Shown: positions 1-11,329 of the stretch, in pieces
Layout: every line of letters starts with the position of its first letter
Position numbering within the stretch: position 1 is the first letter of the stretch
Source: Geosiphon pyriformis uo1
Taxonomy: Eukaryota; Fungi; Glomeromycota
Length of the DNA: 64,000 bases
Direction: 5' to 3'
Assembly: GCA_016748015.1 (NCBI GenBank)
Contig: JAAOMT010000030.1
Coordinates: 23,222 to 87,221 of the forward strand
The notes under the pieces: generated by a model
Seen by the model: the letters and a program-made list of their open reading frames with translations, nothing else
The model's database searches: none
What the model was told of the DNA's origin: nothing
Program-made: the position numbers and the translations under genes

Positions 1-1172
1 TAACAGTAAAATAACATTAATAATATTAAAAAAAGAGTAAAAAAACTTTTAATAATAATATAAATATGTTTAATTTAAAATTTTGAATAGTAATATCATA
101 TTAAATAGTGGTTAAATTGTATTTATTAATATTAATATTAATAAAAAAATTACAAGATATTAATATTACTTATAAATATTTTTAAAATTTTTATTATTAT
201 TTATAATATTAATATTTAATTAATTAATTAAAAATATTATTATTATTTTTATTTTTTATTTAAATAATATTATATACAAAAAAAGTTTGTAAAATTATTA
301 TAATTTATAAAATAAATTAAAAAATAACAAATTAAATAATATTAAATTAAAAAATAATATTTAAGTTAAATTATTTAAATTATTTAAATATAATATAAAA
401 AGTTAAAAAATATAATTATTATAGTTTAAAGTAAATTGTTTATTTTTAGTAGGTTTTTAAATAATATTAGCAGAGAATTAATTAAGATTAAAACTAAAAT
501 TAATATTAATTTAAATAATACTTTAGATAAAAATATTTATATTTAATTGTTGGCTTTTTAAAAGTATTAACCAAATTGTATTAAGTCAAAAATAAATATT
601 AAATAGATAAGTAATATTATTATAAATAATAATATATTAATATAATTATGTATAAAATATCTTTTTAAAATAAATTTTTTTTTATAGATTTATGTAATTT
701 AGTTTAAATAGGTTTATGTTTGGTTATATGTAAAAAATATATAAATTATTTTTAATTTAAGTTGCCTTATTATATTAAATAATAATTGGACTACAGATTA
801 AATAATAATAAAAAATATAATTAATATAATTTTTTTTACATATTTAATATATATAATAAATTAGCCAGAAATATATTGTTTAAAATATAGGATTGTTTTA
901 ACTAATTTAAATAACTGGTTTATACAAACAAAACATAATCAAATTTTTTTTTATAAAATTGTTAATATTTACAGAAAATAATGTATTGTTTAAAAAATCT
1001 GGTGTAAAAAATTCAGTCATTAACAGCTATTTATTTTGAATAAAATACTTTTTTAATTCCGAAAATATAAAAAAACCAAAATAAGCATGACAAATTTAAA
1101 AATTAAAATTGATTTAAGCAAATAATAAAACTTGTATAACATCAGTATATTTAATATAGGGTGTTTAAAAGT

Positions 1173-2011
1173 CTAAGCTTCCATTATAGATAATTGCTCC
1201 TCTGGCAAATTAAACCACTCATCTTTTAAAGCATCATTTGCAGTCGGTCGACTATTAGGATTTTTGTTCATTAATTTTTCCTTAAACTGTTTAGCGGATG
1301 AAGAAAGTGAAATATGGTTGTAAATTCTAGTATGTTTGAAAAGATTTCCAACCATCCATATATCGCCTGCAGCGCTACAAAAGTCTTCCCCCGATTTATA
1401 TTCTGGAGCTCCAATAGCCAATGAATCTCTTTGTAAAGTAAATAGCAACAATTAGCAAACATGTCTAACCGTAAGTCGAAATTCTTTTATCACTGTACCT
1501 TGAAGCTCCTAAGGGAGCAGCTTCTTCAAAGTCAATTAACATCCAACTATCATTCGGGAGTCTTAAAACATTATCCCAGCGAATATCCCGATGGACGACG
1601 TTCATCTTATGAAGTTTTTCTAGCGTTACAAGTACATGCCGTATAGCATCTCGCAGCTCGCGTTCACATTTAGGAAATATCGTAAAGCCAACCGGAGCNN
1701 NNNNNNNNNNNNNNNNNNTTACCTGTCTTATTAGTTTCTATAAAGTGATCTTGTAATTTTTCCATCTGCAACTCCCATCTATCTTTGCTCGCCTCCAGCT
1801 TTTTTTCTTGCTTTTCCAGATCTTCCTTTTCTTCTATCCATGCCTCTTTTTCATCAGTATCCGTCCACTTTTTTACTCTCAGGTTCCTCTTCAACTCTTC
1901 TAATCTATCTCCCTTCTCACCCTTCCTAAACTCCTTCAGCTCCTCCACGCATCTCTCATAATGGGTCGTAGCCACCTCTAATTGACGTTTAATATCTTCA
2001 CCAGCAGACAT
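1173..2011 (-). CDS. Spliced protein kinase gene: N-terminal coiled-coil header plus C-terminal kinase (Crinkler/CR-kinase-like); middle hidden by assembly gap 1699-1718
   Basis: Exon 2011-1723 encodes MSAGEDIKRQ...ETNKT and is followed by GTAA. Exon 1698-1499 translates as APVGFTIFPKCERELRDAIRHVLVTLEKLHKMNVVHRDIRWDNVLRLPNDSWMLIDFEEAAPLGAS. After intron 1498-1429, exon 1428-1173 continues in frame as DSLAIGAPE...GDIWMVG...RPTANDALKDEWF (subdomains VIb-XI). CpG is retained here, unlike in the repeats. Linkage across the gap is inferred. Confidence 0.75.
1429..1498 (-). other. 70-nt spliceosomal intron in the kinase gene
   Basis: Minus strand reads GTACAG...GCTAAT (branch site)...AAAG. Removing it joins DFE...GASR to DSLAIGAPE in frame. 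Confidence 0.85.
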
Positions 2012-2903
2012 GGTGTTTTGCGTGTTTGTTATGGTTTGGGAAGATATGGGCCTAATATATGTTTGGTTCGTGTCAATGACGTTTCAGATCTTTGATTTAT
2101 CAGTATTTAGGTAACAAACCCGCTATTGTTAAATTATAACCCTGCCGTATGCCTATATAATATAATTGTTTTTTAATAATTATTGTATTGTGCAATATTC
2201 ATTAAATTNNNNNNNNNNNNNNNNNNNNNNNNNNNNNNNNNNNNNNNNNNNNNNNNNNNNNNNNNNNNNNNNNNNNNNNNNNNNNNNNNNNNNNNNNNNN
2301 NNNNNNNNNNNNNNNNNNNNNNNNNNNNNNNNNNNNNNNNNNNNNNNNNNNNNNNNNNNNNNNNNNNNNNNNNNNNNNNNNNNNNNNNNNNNNNNNNNNN
2401 NNNNNNNNNNNNNNNNNNNNNNNNNNNNNNNNNNNNNNNNNNNNNNNNNNNNNNNNNNNNNNNNNNNNNNNNNNNNNNNNNNNNNNNNNNNNNNNNNNNN
2501 NNNNNNNNNNNNNNNNNNNNNNNNNNNNNNNNNNNNNNNNNNNNNNNNNNNNNNNNNNNNNNNNNTCCGTCCACTTTTTTACTCTCAGGTTCCTCTTCAA
2601 CTCTTCTAATCTATCTCCCTTCTCACCCTTCCTAAACTCCTTCAGCTCCTCCACGCATCTCCTATACTCGGTCTTAACGTCTCCTAATTCACGTTCGACT
2701 CTGTCGACACTAGCCATGGTGTTTTGCGTGTTTGTTATGGTTTGGGAAGATATGGACCTAATATATGTTTGGTTCGTGTCAATGACGTTTCAGATCTTTG
2801 ATTTATCAGTATTTAGGTAACAAACCCGCTATAACCCTGCCGTATGCCTATATAATATAATTGTTTTTTAATAATTATTGTATTGTGCAATATTCATTAA
2901 ATT
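1860..2903. repeat. Direct duplication (1860-2208 and 2566-2903) of the promoter and first exon
   Basis: Near-identical except for a 54-nt divergent coding block, one 10-nt indel and one substitution upstream. Confidence 0.85.
2566..2717 (-). CDS. 5' end of a tandem paralogue of the coiled-coil header gene (runs into gap 2209-2565)
   Basis: MASVDRVERELGDVKTEYRRCVEELKEFRKGEKGDRLEELKRNLRVKKWT; identical to the 2011 ORF from RCVEEL onward. Confidence 0.65.
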
Positions 2904-3949
2904 ATTTTTGTTTTGTTAAAATAACATTCTTATTGTTTTATATATTTAATATTGAATAAAATTCGGTTCATAATTTAAAATAAAAATAATGGTAAGTTTT
3001 AAAATTGGAAAATTAAATATATTTTTAATATTATTTTGCATATATATATGTAACTTTATATTAATTTTAAACTTATGAAATAAAAGTTTATATATTTAAT
3101 TTATAAATAAAACAAATTTAATAATGTTATTTTTTATGTATTAATTAAATATAATTTAATTAAAACTTAAAATATATAACAAAAATATTACTTACACATT
3201 TTTTATATATAACCAATAATTTAAACTTATATTAGGCTATATAAATTAAAAAACCTATTTGTTTTTATTTTATTTATGTTTTTAGCAACTTTTTATTTAA
3301 ATACTAATTTAATTTTTATTTTAAACATTATATATTTAAGCTTTAATACTTTTTTTTTACTTTTATATTAATACTTTATATTTTTACAAAATTATTAATT
3401 AATTAATTTTATTTTTATTAAATAAATTTATTATTTTTTATTATTTAATTTTAAATCAAATTATTTTTAAAAAAGTAAAAAATCAGTTTTTAAAAAAAAT
3501 TCTGTTTTTGTTATATTTCTATTACTATTTTACAAGATAATAATTTTTTGACTTAAATATAATAGCTATTATTAATAATACTATAATTAAAAAAAGTCAA
3601 TAAATAGAACTATTTATGGTTTTATAAATAATATTTTTACACAAAAATTTAAAGTTTTAGTTAAAAATATTAAAAACTTAGATAATAAGATAAATTTAAT
3701 TTTAAAAATACTTTTAAATAATATTTGTATTAAATAATTTAAAAACTAATTTTGCAAAAAAGATAAGATTTTTTTTAAATATTAATATTAATTAAAAAAC
3801 AAAAAAAAAACTTATTTTTCTTTTTCATCCCAAATTGCTAAAAAAAAAGAGTCAAAAAGTTTCTGAAAAAAGTTTTTACAATTCAGTACAATAAATTTAA
3901 ACTCTTTATTCTTAACTATGATACTATCATTGGCTGTAGTATTGCTGTT

Positions 3950-5751
3950 ATGAAGAAGGCTATTAAAGTTTCTGGTTCTAGTGATAGCTTCAGATGTGTT
4001 CTTCTAAAGAAAAAAAAGAGAGGTGGTGTTTTAGAAAATGGTTCTGATAATAAAAATATTGGTCCTAAAGTTTAGAATAGTTGTTTATAGAGTTTAGAAA
4101 CTGGTGACACCACTGAATCTGAAAGTATCAATATGAAGGAGAAATGTCTGGTGGAAGAAACCAGTTTCAATTATGGTAAAAGCAGTGCTTTTGCTGAAAG
4201 AAATTCTAATCAAACACCTACTGGTTCGAAGATCAAAACCAAAAAAGCATTAGGTAAGCCATTGGGAAAAATTAATTTTTTATTAAGTGGTGATAAAGAT
4301 AATATTCTTTTGAACACTCCATTAAAACTTCTCCTACCTTTAAAAAATCTGGTCAACATTTTTGTTCACAAATCTTTTGCTTTGAATATTGGATTGAACA
4401 AGATAATTGGAAAATTCTCTCAAAAAAAGCTTCAAGTGGTCAAAAAGTTGTTTTCAAAAATCAATAATTTTGAAGAGGGGAGGCCTCTACTCTCTCAAAA
4501 TTTGTTGGGATCATTAAAGTGACATTCACATCTGAATTAAGTTTGGTGCAAACTTCTAAAAAAGCTGAAGAAGCAAATATTTTGGTAAATACCAATCTCA
4601 AAAAATCATCTGAACATTTGGATCAGGCTGTGGTGTTGAAAGAAATTCCAATTAGAACTTCAACTAAGACTGTGTATGCTGTGCTATTTGAGTTCGGAAT
4701 AATTAAGTCAATCAAGATGCAATTGGTAGGGCTGTGACAAAAAGCAGTGGTTAAATTTGAACAGGTTGATCATGCTGATTTAGTCACAGCAAAATAGTCT
4801 ATCCTAATTGGAAAAAATGTGGTGCATGTTGCTAGATCTGATGTAGACAAAGAATCATAGAATGCAAGAGATGTTTACAAAGCTTTTTTATACACTCTGC
4901 CAATGGAGACCAACACACATAATATTTGGAACTACATTACTTTAGTGGGTGAGAAAACTTGTATCATTGACTATTACCCAGTTTTTTATGTCTGGACCAG
5001 ATGTATTGCTGTCTGTTTTGATTCTGCTGAGTCATTGGATGCTGTCATGAAGACCACACTTGTTCTAAAAAGAGCCAATTTATAATGGTTTTGTTTTGTT
5101 CTAGCTAAGTATACCGGGTGTGAGAAATTAGGTTATATATTTTTGACTTGTCCTGTTGGTGAGAAGAAAGGTGTTTCTTTTGGTGCTTTATTATAAAAAA
5201 CTCTTTCAGATTCTGATAAAAACAGGCTGGCTACCATTTATGCTAAATGCTCAGCTTCAGTTGCTTATCCTGTTTCTTTTAGTGGTGTCTTATAGGCACA
5301 AATTGCTGGTGGGTCTTCTTTCTCTTCTCTTTCTGTTTGGAATGTTTTATTAAATGCTGGCTTTTTTTCAGAGATGAAGCCTATCCCATTGGTGTTTTTG
5401 GATTTAAATAATAGGTTTGTTGCTCTTGAGCACAGTCTTTCCAGCTTCACAAAGTGTGTTAATAAGCTGGCTAAGAAGTTGGATACACTTGAGCCAACAG
5501 TTTCCCAGCTTAGTTCTAAATATTAGTCATTGATGACTTCTTCATCACAGAATTAGGGGGCGGATATAGTAATAAGTGAGGGTTCAGATATGGCCACTAG
5601 TAGTGAGACTGTTGTAGGAGTGGTGGTAGTTAATTCTTCAGTTATCTTGAGAATTGAAGAGACATTGAATAATCTTTTAATCATAGTTATGAGTCTTTTA
5701 GCTAAAAAAGACAATACTGATTCAGTTTCTACCCTTCATCTTTCTCAATGA
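3950..5751 (+). pseudogene. LINE A ORF1 (RRM-like plus CCHC nucleic-acid-binding protein), disrupted
   Basis: Fragments VVLKEIPIRTSTKTVYAVLFEFGIIKSIKMQLVGL and LYTLPMETNTHNIW; degenerate CxxCxxxGHxxxxC at ~5110-5150; many TAG/TGA/TAA stops. Confidence 0.8.
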
Positions 5752-8375
5752 ATAGTAAGGTTTGGAAAGTTGTCACTTGCAATATTAAGGGAATGAACAA
5801 TTCTGCAAAGTAGGGTAATATAATTTGTTGGCATAAAAATATGAACAATTTGATTTTCATTGTTATTGAAACTAAATTGAAAAATAAAGTCTATTTATAG
5901 ATTATAAACAAGTTTGATGGTGTTCATGTCTTTACTTTTGGTGTAAATTCTGGTTACTTGGATTCAGGCATTACTATTATTATGGACATTTTTTTGGCTT
6001 GTCATGTGTGCAAAGTTTGTGAAGTGTCTAGTTAAATCTTTTCTGTTAAGTTGCTTTTCAAGAATAAGTTTTCTGTATTGATTTTGGGGTTATATGCTGG
6101 TGTTTCTTTGGTAGTTCAGTTTTTTCAGACTGTTGACATCAATTCTCTTATTGCAAAGACTGTGAATGAATTTTTTTTTGTTATTCTTGATGGTGACTTT
6201 AATAAGAATGATTTTTGTAAATGTGCCAGTTTCAGGAAATGCTTTGATTTGGGTCTAATAAACTCTTTAGCTGGAAGCTTATTTGCTAATTTACCAATAT
6301 AATGCAATTTTTGTAATGTTGCTAAGACAATTGATTATGTGTTTGTTTCTTTGAATTTAATTGATGTGATAATAGGTCACAATATGACTAATATTGTGGA
6401 TTATTTTGATACTGATTATGTAACTGTTTCTGTTTTTGTAAGTTTGGATGGTTTGTTGGATGTTTAGCTGTCCTTGCAGTGCAAGCAGGTGAACAAGAAT
6501 TGTTAGAAGTTTGACATCAGTAGTGCTGATGAGAAGAAGTGATGCAAATTTAGAAATGTTACAGCTGTTAATACTGCTATGTTTTCAGATGTGTTTGTGG
6601 TAGCTGAAAGGTCTTCAGATCTAGATGTAATGTAAGACATTGTTCATAGAATCATGATTTTGTCAGCCAATAAAACATTTAAAAAGAAATAGTTCAAAAA
6701 TTATGACAGTGTTTTTATCAAATTGTCTTCTAAGTTCTATAAGCTAGAATTGTATGTATTCAGGCTGGTAAAAGCTTTTTGTTTGGTTTTAAGTAAGGAT
6801 TTTGTTTTGTTGCTAGGTATATGGGATAGACTTAATTCTAATGGCACAGCAGAAATGAAGTCTCTTTTTCTTTTAGGTTCTATTTTTGATGATATTCATT
6901 CTGAACTGGCAAAAGTGAAGAAATCTTACTGTTCTTTCAAGTTGCTAGAATTTAAGCATGCTAAAAAATCTTATATTAAGTGGGCCATTACCAGTAGAAT
7001 AGAAAGTTTTGAATTAGATAAGGGTTGTACTATCAGGAGTGTATTAGAGCATCTTTTTTGCAAGATGGTGTTGGATCATTTGGTTGTAAGTAATGAGTTG
7101 GTCTTAAAGCCTGATTTGGTTAAATTTAAGATAGATGAGATTATGAAGAATTGGACTAGGAAATGTGAAATGGTGTTTGATATTTCTGATGATTAAACTC
7201 ACCAATATCAGCCTTTGGAATATGTTTTCAATAATGCATTTTCTAATGTAATGTGTCTAATTGGTTTTGATAATATGTTTGTTGTGGTCTTGAATCTGCC
7301 TAATGGGAAAGCAGCTGGTCTTTCTGGCATCTCTAATGAATTGTGGAAACACTGTAACAATTCAGTTTTGGATATGTTTTTGGTGTTCTTGAATCTGTGT
7401 TTGATTTGTGAATCAGTATTTGGGTCTTAAAGAGAAACTTGGGTTTTAATAATTCCTAAGTCATATGAATGAGAAAGTGTTTTTATGAATATTTGTCTTA
7501 TTGCTTTGATTGAAACAGCTCACAAAATTCTTTTCAAAATTCTTTTAGATAGGATTTCTTTAGCTTGCAGCACTTATAATATTTTACATAAAGACAATTT
7601 CTTTGTTTTGAGAGGTACAACAATGCAATCACCTATTTTTGCCATTGGCTCAGTGGTCAAAGATGCCTTGAAAAAAAACTGAGAACTGTGGCTGGTTTTG
7701 CAGAACATGTATAAGACCTATGACTCTGTTGGTTAGAAATGTCTTAGGAGGAATTTGGTTAGAATCAAGATGTGTGACAAGTTTATTAGATTTTTTGGTA
7801 GTATTTACAATAGTCATATTAACAAAGTAATGACAGACTTTGGCTTGACTGATGGGTATCATGTTCATAAAGGGTTAGACCAAGGGGAAGTTTTCTTACT
7901 TTTTCTTTAGTGTATATTCTATGATTTGCTTCTATGTGAGGTTAAAAGGCAGGACAGTATGTGTAGTTACAAGTTGAATTCTCATTTTGTCTCCAAGTCT
8001 GACTAGGCAGAATCTCAGACTGGGTTGACATTATTTTTTATTGCTGATGCTTTTATTGATGATACAATTTGGATTGGTAGTAGCCAAACTACTACACAAC
8101 ACATCCTCAATATTGCTAGAGAATTCTTTAGGTTTAATGACATTTCTATAAATAATAACAAGACTGTGGCCATCTTCATTAACTGCTGGGTTTCAAACTC
8201 TTATCTGACTGTTAGTGGCTTGCCTATTTCTGTCACCAAAAAAGGGGAATCTTAGCATTATTTGGGTATTTTTTTGTCTTTTAAGAGTCTGTTGAAACTT
8301 AGCTTGGCTAAAGTGTATTCAAATGTTCAGTTTTTTGTCAATCTTGTTTTGAGAAAAACAATCTCAGATAAACAG
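5748..8375 (+). pseudogene. LINE A ORF2 5' part: APE endonuclease and reverse transcriptase
   Basis: MNSKVWKVVTCNIKG, ILDGDFN, IDYVF, DTDY (APE); GKAAGLSGI, IALIETAHKI, GLDQGEV, AFIDDTIW (RT). Confidence 0.88.
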
Positions 8376-9217
8376 TGTTATAGTTGATTATTTGGGGTCT
8401 CAAATCAAATAACAAACCCATAACTTGATGTTCAATTGATATAATGTTGTTGGTAATATCTGAAGGTATTGTTATCTGAAGGTTTTGGTTGAGTTTTTTG
8501 TATAATGGACAGAAATTCAATGGTGATAGTTTTATCCGTAGCTTCTCAAAACTGCAGTTTTGTCAATTTCTTTCTCAGCTTGATGGCCGGTATTCCTCCT
8601 GGTAAGCTATCTTCAATCGAGTGTTCTACTTTTATTCCTGGGTCTTTTATCAGTTACGTTTATTCTGACATTAGTGCCCCACACATTAATCCTTAATAGA
8701 GTTAGTAAACAACAATAAAATCAAAGCAAGAAAATAAAAAAGGAAAAGAAAATAAAGAAAAAAAAGAAATAATCCAAGGTGATTTGCAAGTTAGTATTTC
8801 ATCAATAGCCATGATTAAGGGCTATTGTTTCAGTATGGTTAAGTGTCAATTACTATTAACATAAAGTGTTGATAGTAGAAATAGATTTGAGATAACAAAT
8901 AGTTATTTATTAGATGATTGTGATTTGGAGAATTGCTTAGATTAAATCTAAACTGAGAGGTCTGTCTTTTCAGCTTTTAATCCTACTGCTATATATACAT
9001 AATTGAGATTCCTCAATTCCTCAATTCTCCACAACAGAAATCTTGCGATTCCTTTGAGAGGAATTTTAGAATTCTGGAATCCTGCGATTTCTTATAAGAA
9101 TCTTGTAATTCCTGAAATCCTGTAATTCCTGAGAGGAATCCTGGAATTCCATATTTTACTATGTCTACTTCTAATTGGCTATGCTAATCTCTATTCCCTA
9201 TATTTCTATAAGTAACA
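8376..9217 (-). repeat. G1 3' LTR
   Basis: Direct repeat of 17435-18276; adjacent polypurine tract AAAAAGAGGAAA on the - strand (~9221-9232). Confidence 0.95.
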
Positions 9218-9234
9218 TTATTTCCTCTTTTTAA

Positions 9235-9900
9235 TATTGAGCTCTATCAAAATTTAACTCTTTTAATTCCCTCTCTTGAAGTATTTCCTGGATTTTGTTT
9301 TTAAGAATTACTTGTGTTATTTGAGTTTATAATTCTTCAAATTGAGCATTGGTGATCTTTCCCAATTGATTACTGGTAACCATATCCATTGCTTTGCTGA
9401 GTAAAAGTTCTGGTTAATCCTGGAATGCTGTGTGTATTTGGTATATAGCTCGAGCTTGTGTGAATAAGTTGTTTTTCCCCACAAAATGTTCTAGTTGTTG
9501 TAATATTGTTGTGTCAAATAACCACTTTGTTTTATTTGTGTATAAATTCTGAATATTCATGTATTGTCCCAAGTAAAAATAACAATAGTTTTTTGGAAAT
9601 TGTTGTATCCACCAATTCCAAGTTTTTTTGGTCAATTTTTGATATATTGACTCTTTTGTCAATTTTTTTATTGCCATTTTTACTTTTGCAATGATTTTGT
9701 CAATGGTATTTTCTGTCTTCTGTGTTATAATATCTTTTTGGTATCTTGATATCGAATGGTTTGTTAATTGATTGTAATCTCCATTTTTTGGTGTTGGATC
9801 AATTAAAAAAGTTGTTGTGCTAATAAGTAAATGTTGTCTGTAATCTCCATTTTTCTGATATTTTCTGTCACATCTACTATGTCTTTATATATTCTTTTGA
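9235..9900 (-). pseudogene. G1 extra 3' ORF (env position) of unknown function
   Basis: ...NYCYFYLGQY...LEHFVGKNNLFTQARAIYQIHTAF...NQLGKITNAQFEEL; homologues lie at the same position in G2, G3 and G4. Confidence 0.65.
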
Positions 9901-9949
9901 TGGATTAATTTCATGTGTTGTTGTTAATTATAATGATTGGTTTCAGATC

Positions 9950-11245
9950 TCATGGAATCTTATCTAGTCGGACTAGTAATTTTTGTACTCCTAATTGTAG
10001 AATATTACTGGTGGAGAGTGGTATGGTGTTGTGATATGGTTTCAGTCAATCTCCATGTGCTGCTTTGGTTAAAATTTTGTTATCCAGTCTCAATTTGTAA
10101 GCTCTATTTCTTAGAATTTCTTCTATGTGAAATGGTCTGTTCCATTTGGGGTCAAATTTTCCACTTCATTGTTTTTCTGCTTTGGTACAATGTAAGAGTA
10201 CTTTGTCTCTAATCTTGAATTTAACTGGTTTGTTTGGTAGTTGACTATCGTGTCTTTCTTTCTGTTTTTCTTGTGATTTTTGAATATTATCAACTGCTCT
10301 TCTTTTTTTGTTTTCCAATGTTTCCATTAAGTCATATGTTTTTCTCCACAATGTTTCTTGAAAATTCTCTTTTCTCTCTACTGGTAACATTGCTGTTCTC
10401 CTATACACTAATTTAAATGGTGTTGCTTGTGTAGTATCTTGTCTCATTGTCCGATAAGTAAATAATACTAATAGTATGAACAAATCCCAATTGTTCTGGT
10501 TTTCTTGGCTGAGTTTTGCTATTGCTTCACACAATGTTCTGTTGAATCTTTTGATTAATCCATTGGTTTGTAGATGGTATGGTGATAATAATGGTCTCTT
10601 AATTCCGAATCTTTAGCTCAATTCTGTTAATGTTCTGTTCACAAAATGTGTTCTTTGGTCTGATAACAATTCTTTTAGACATCCATGTCAACAAATCAAA
10701 TCCTGATAAATGAATTTGGCAATAGATTCTGCATTTGCTCTTTGAATTGCTTTTGCTTTTGGCCATTTAGTAAGATAGTTCATAGCTACTGCTATGTATC
10801 TGTTTTTTCTGCTGGTAATTGTTAATGGTCTGACTAAATCAATTCTAATACAGTCAAATGGTTGTCCCACTTTGATTGGTCTTAATGATTCACTGGGTCT
10901 TGTTCCTTCTTTTCACTGACAAGCATCACAATTTTGCACATATTAGATGATGTCTGGATACATTAATGGCCAATAGTATTTCTTTCTGGTTCTTTCCATG
11001 GTTGCTTCTTTATGAAAATGTCCTGCAGTTGGATTTAAATACATGTTGAACAGTATTGTCTCTTTTTCTGGTTCTGTAATTACTCTGGTTGGTTGATCTG
11101 AATCTTTTCTATTTTTCTGATAAAGTATATTTTGGTGAATGATAAAATATTTGAATTGTTGTTTGATTCTCTTTTGTTCTGGTTGAGATAATTTCTCCTT
11201 GAATTGTTGAGTATCTATATAATATTGAAGTTGTTGATATTTCAT
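9950..11245 (-). pseudogene. pol: G1 integrase (HHCC, DDE core, GPF/Y-SH3-like C-terminus)
   Basis: AGHFHKEAT...YYWPLMYPDI, PFDCIRIDLVRP, YLTKWPKAKAI, SDQRTHF, QATPFKLVY, WSGKFDPKW. Confidence 0.9.
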
Positions 11246-11329
11246 CTTTTGTTATATTTTTGTGGGTATTGTTTTGGTTTTGTTATATTTTTGGGTTGAA
11301 ATGTTCTTAGATTTGTCTTATTTGTGACA

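Noticed and set aside
2166-2635. Long ORFs containing X runs (also 25003-25868)
   Set aside because: Artefacts of translating assembly gaps.
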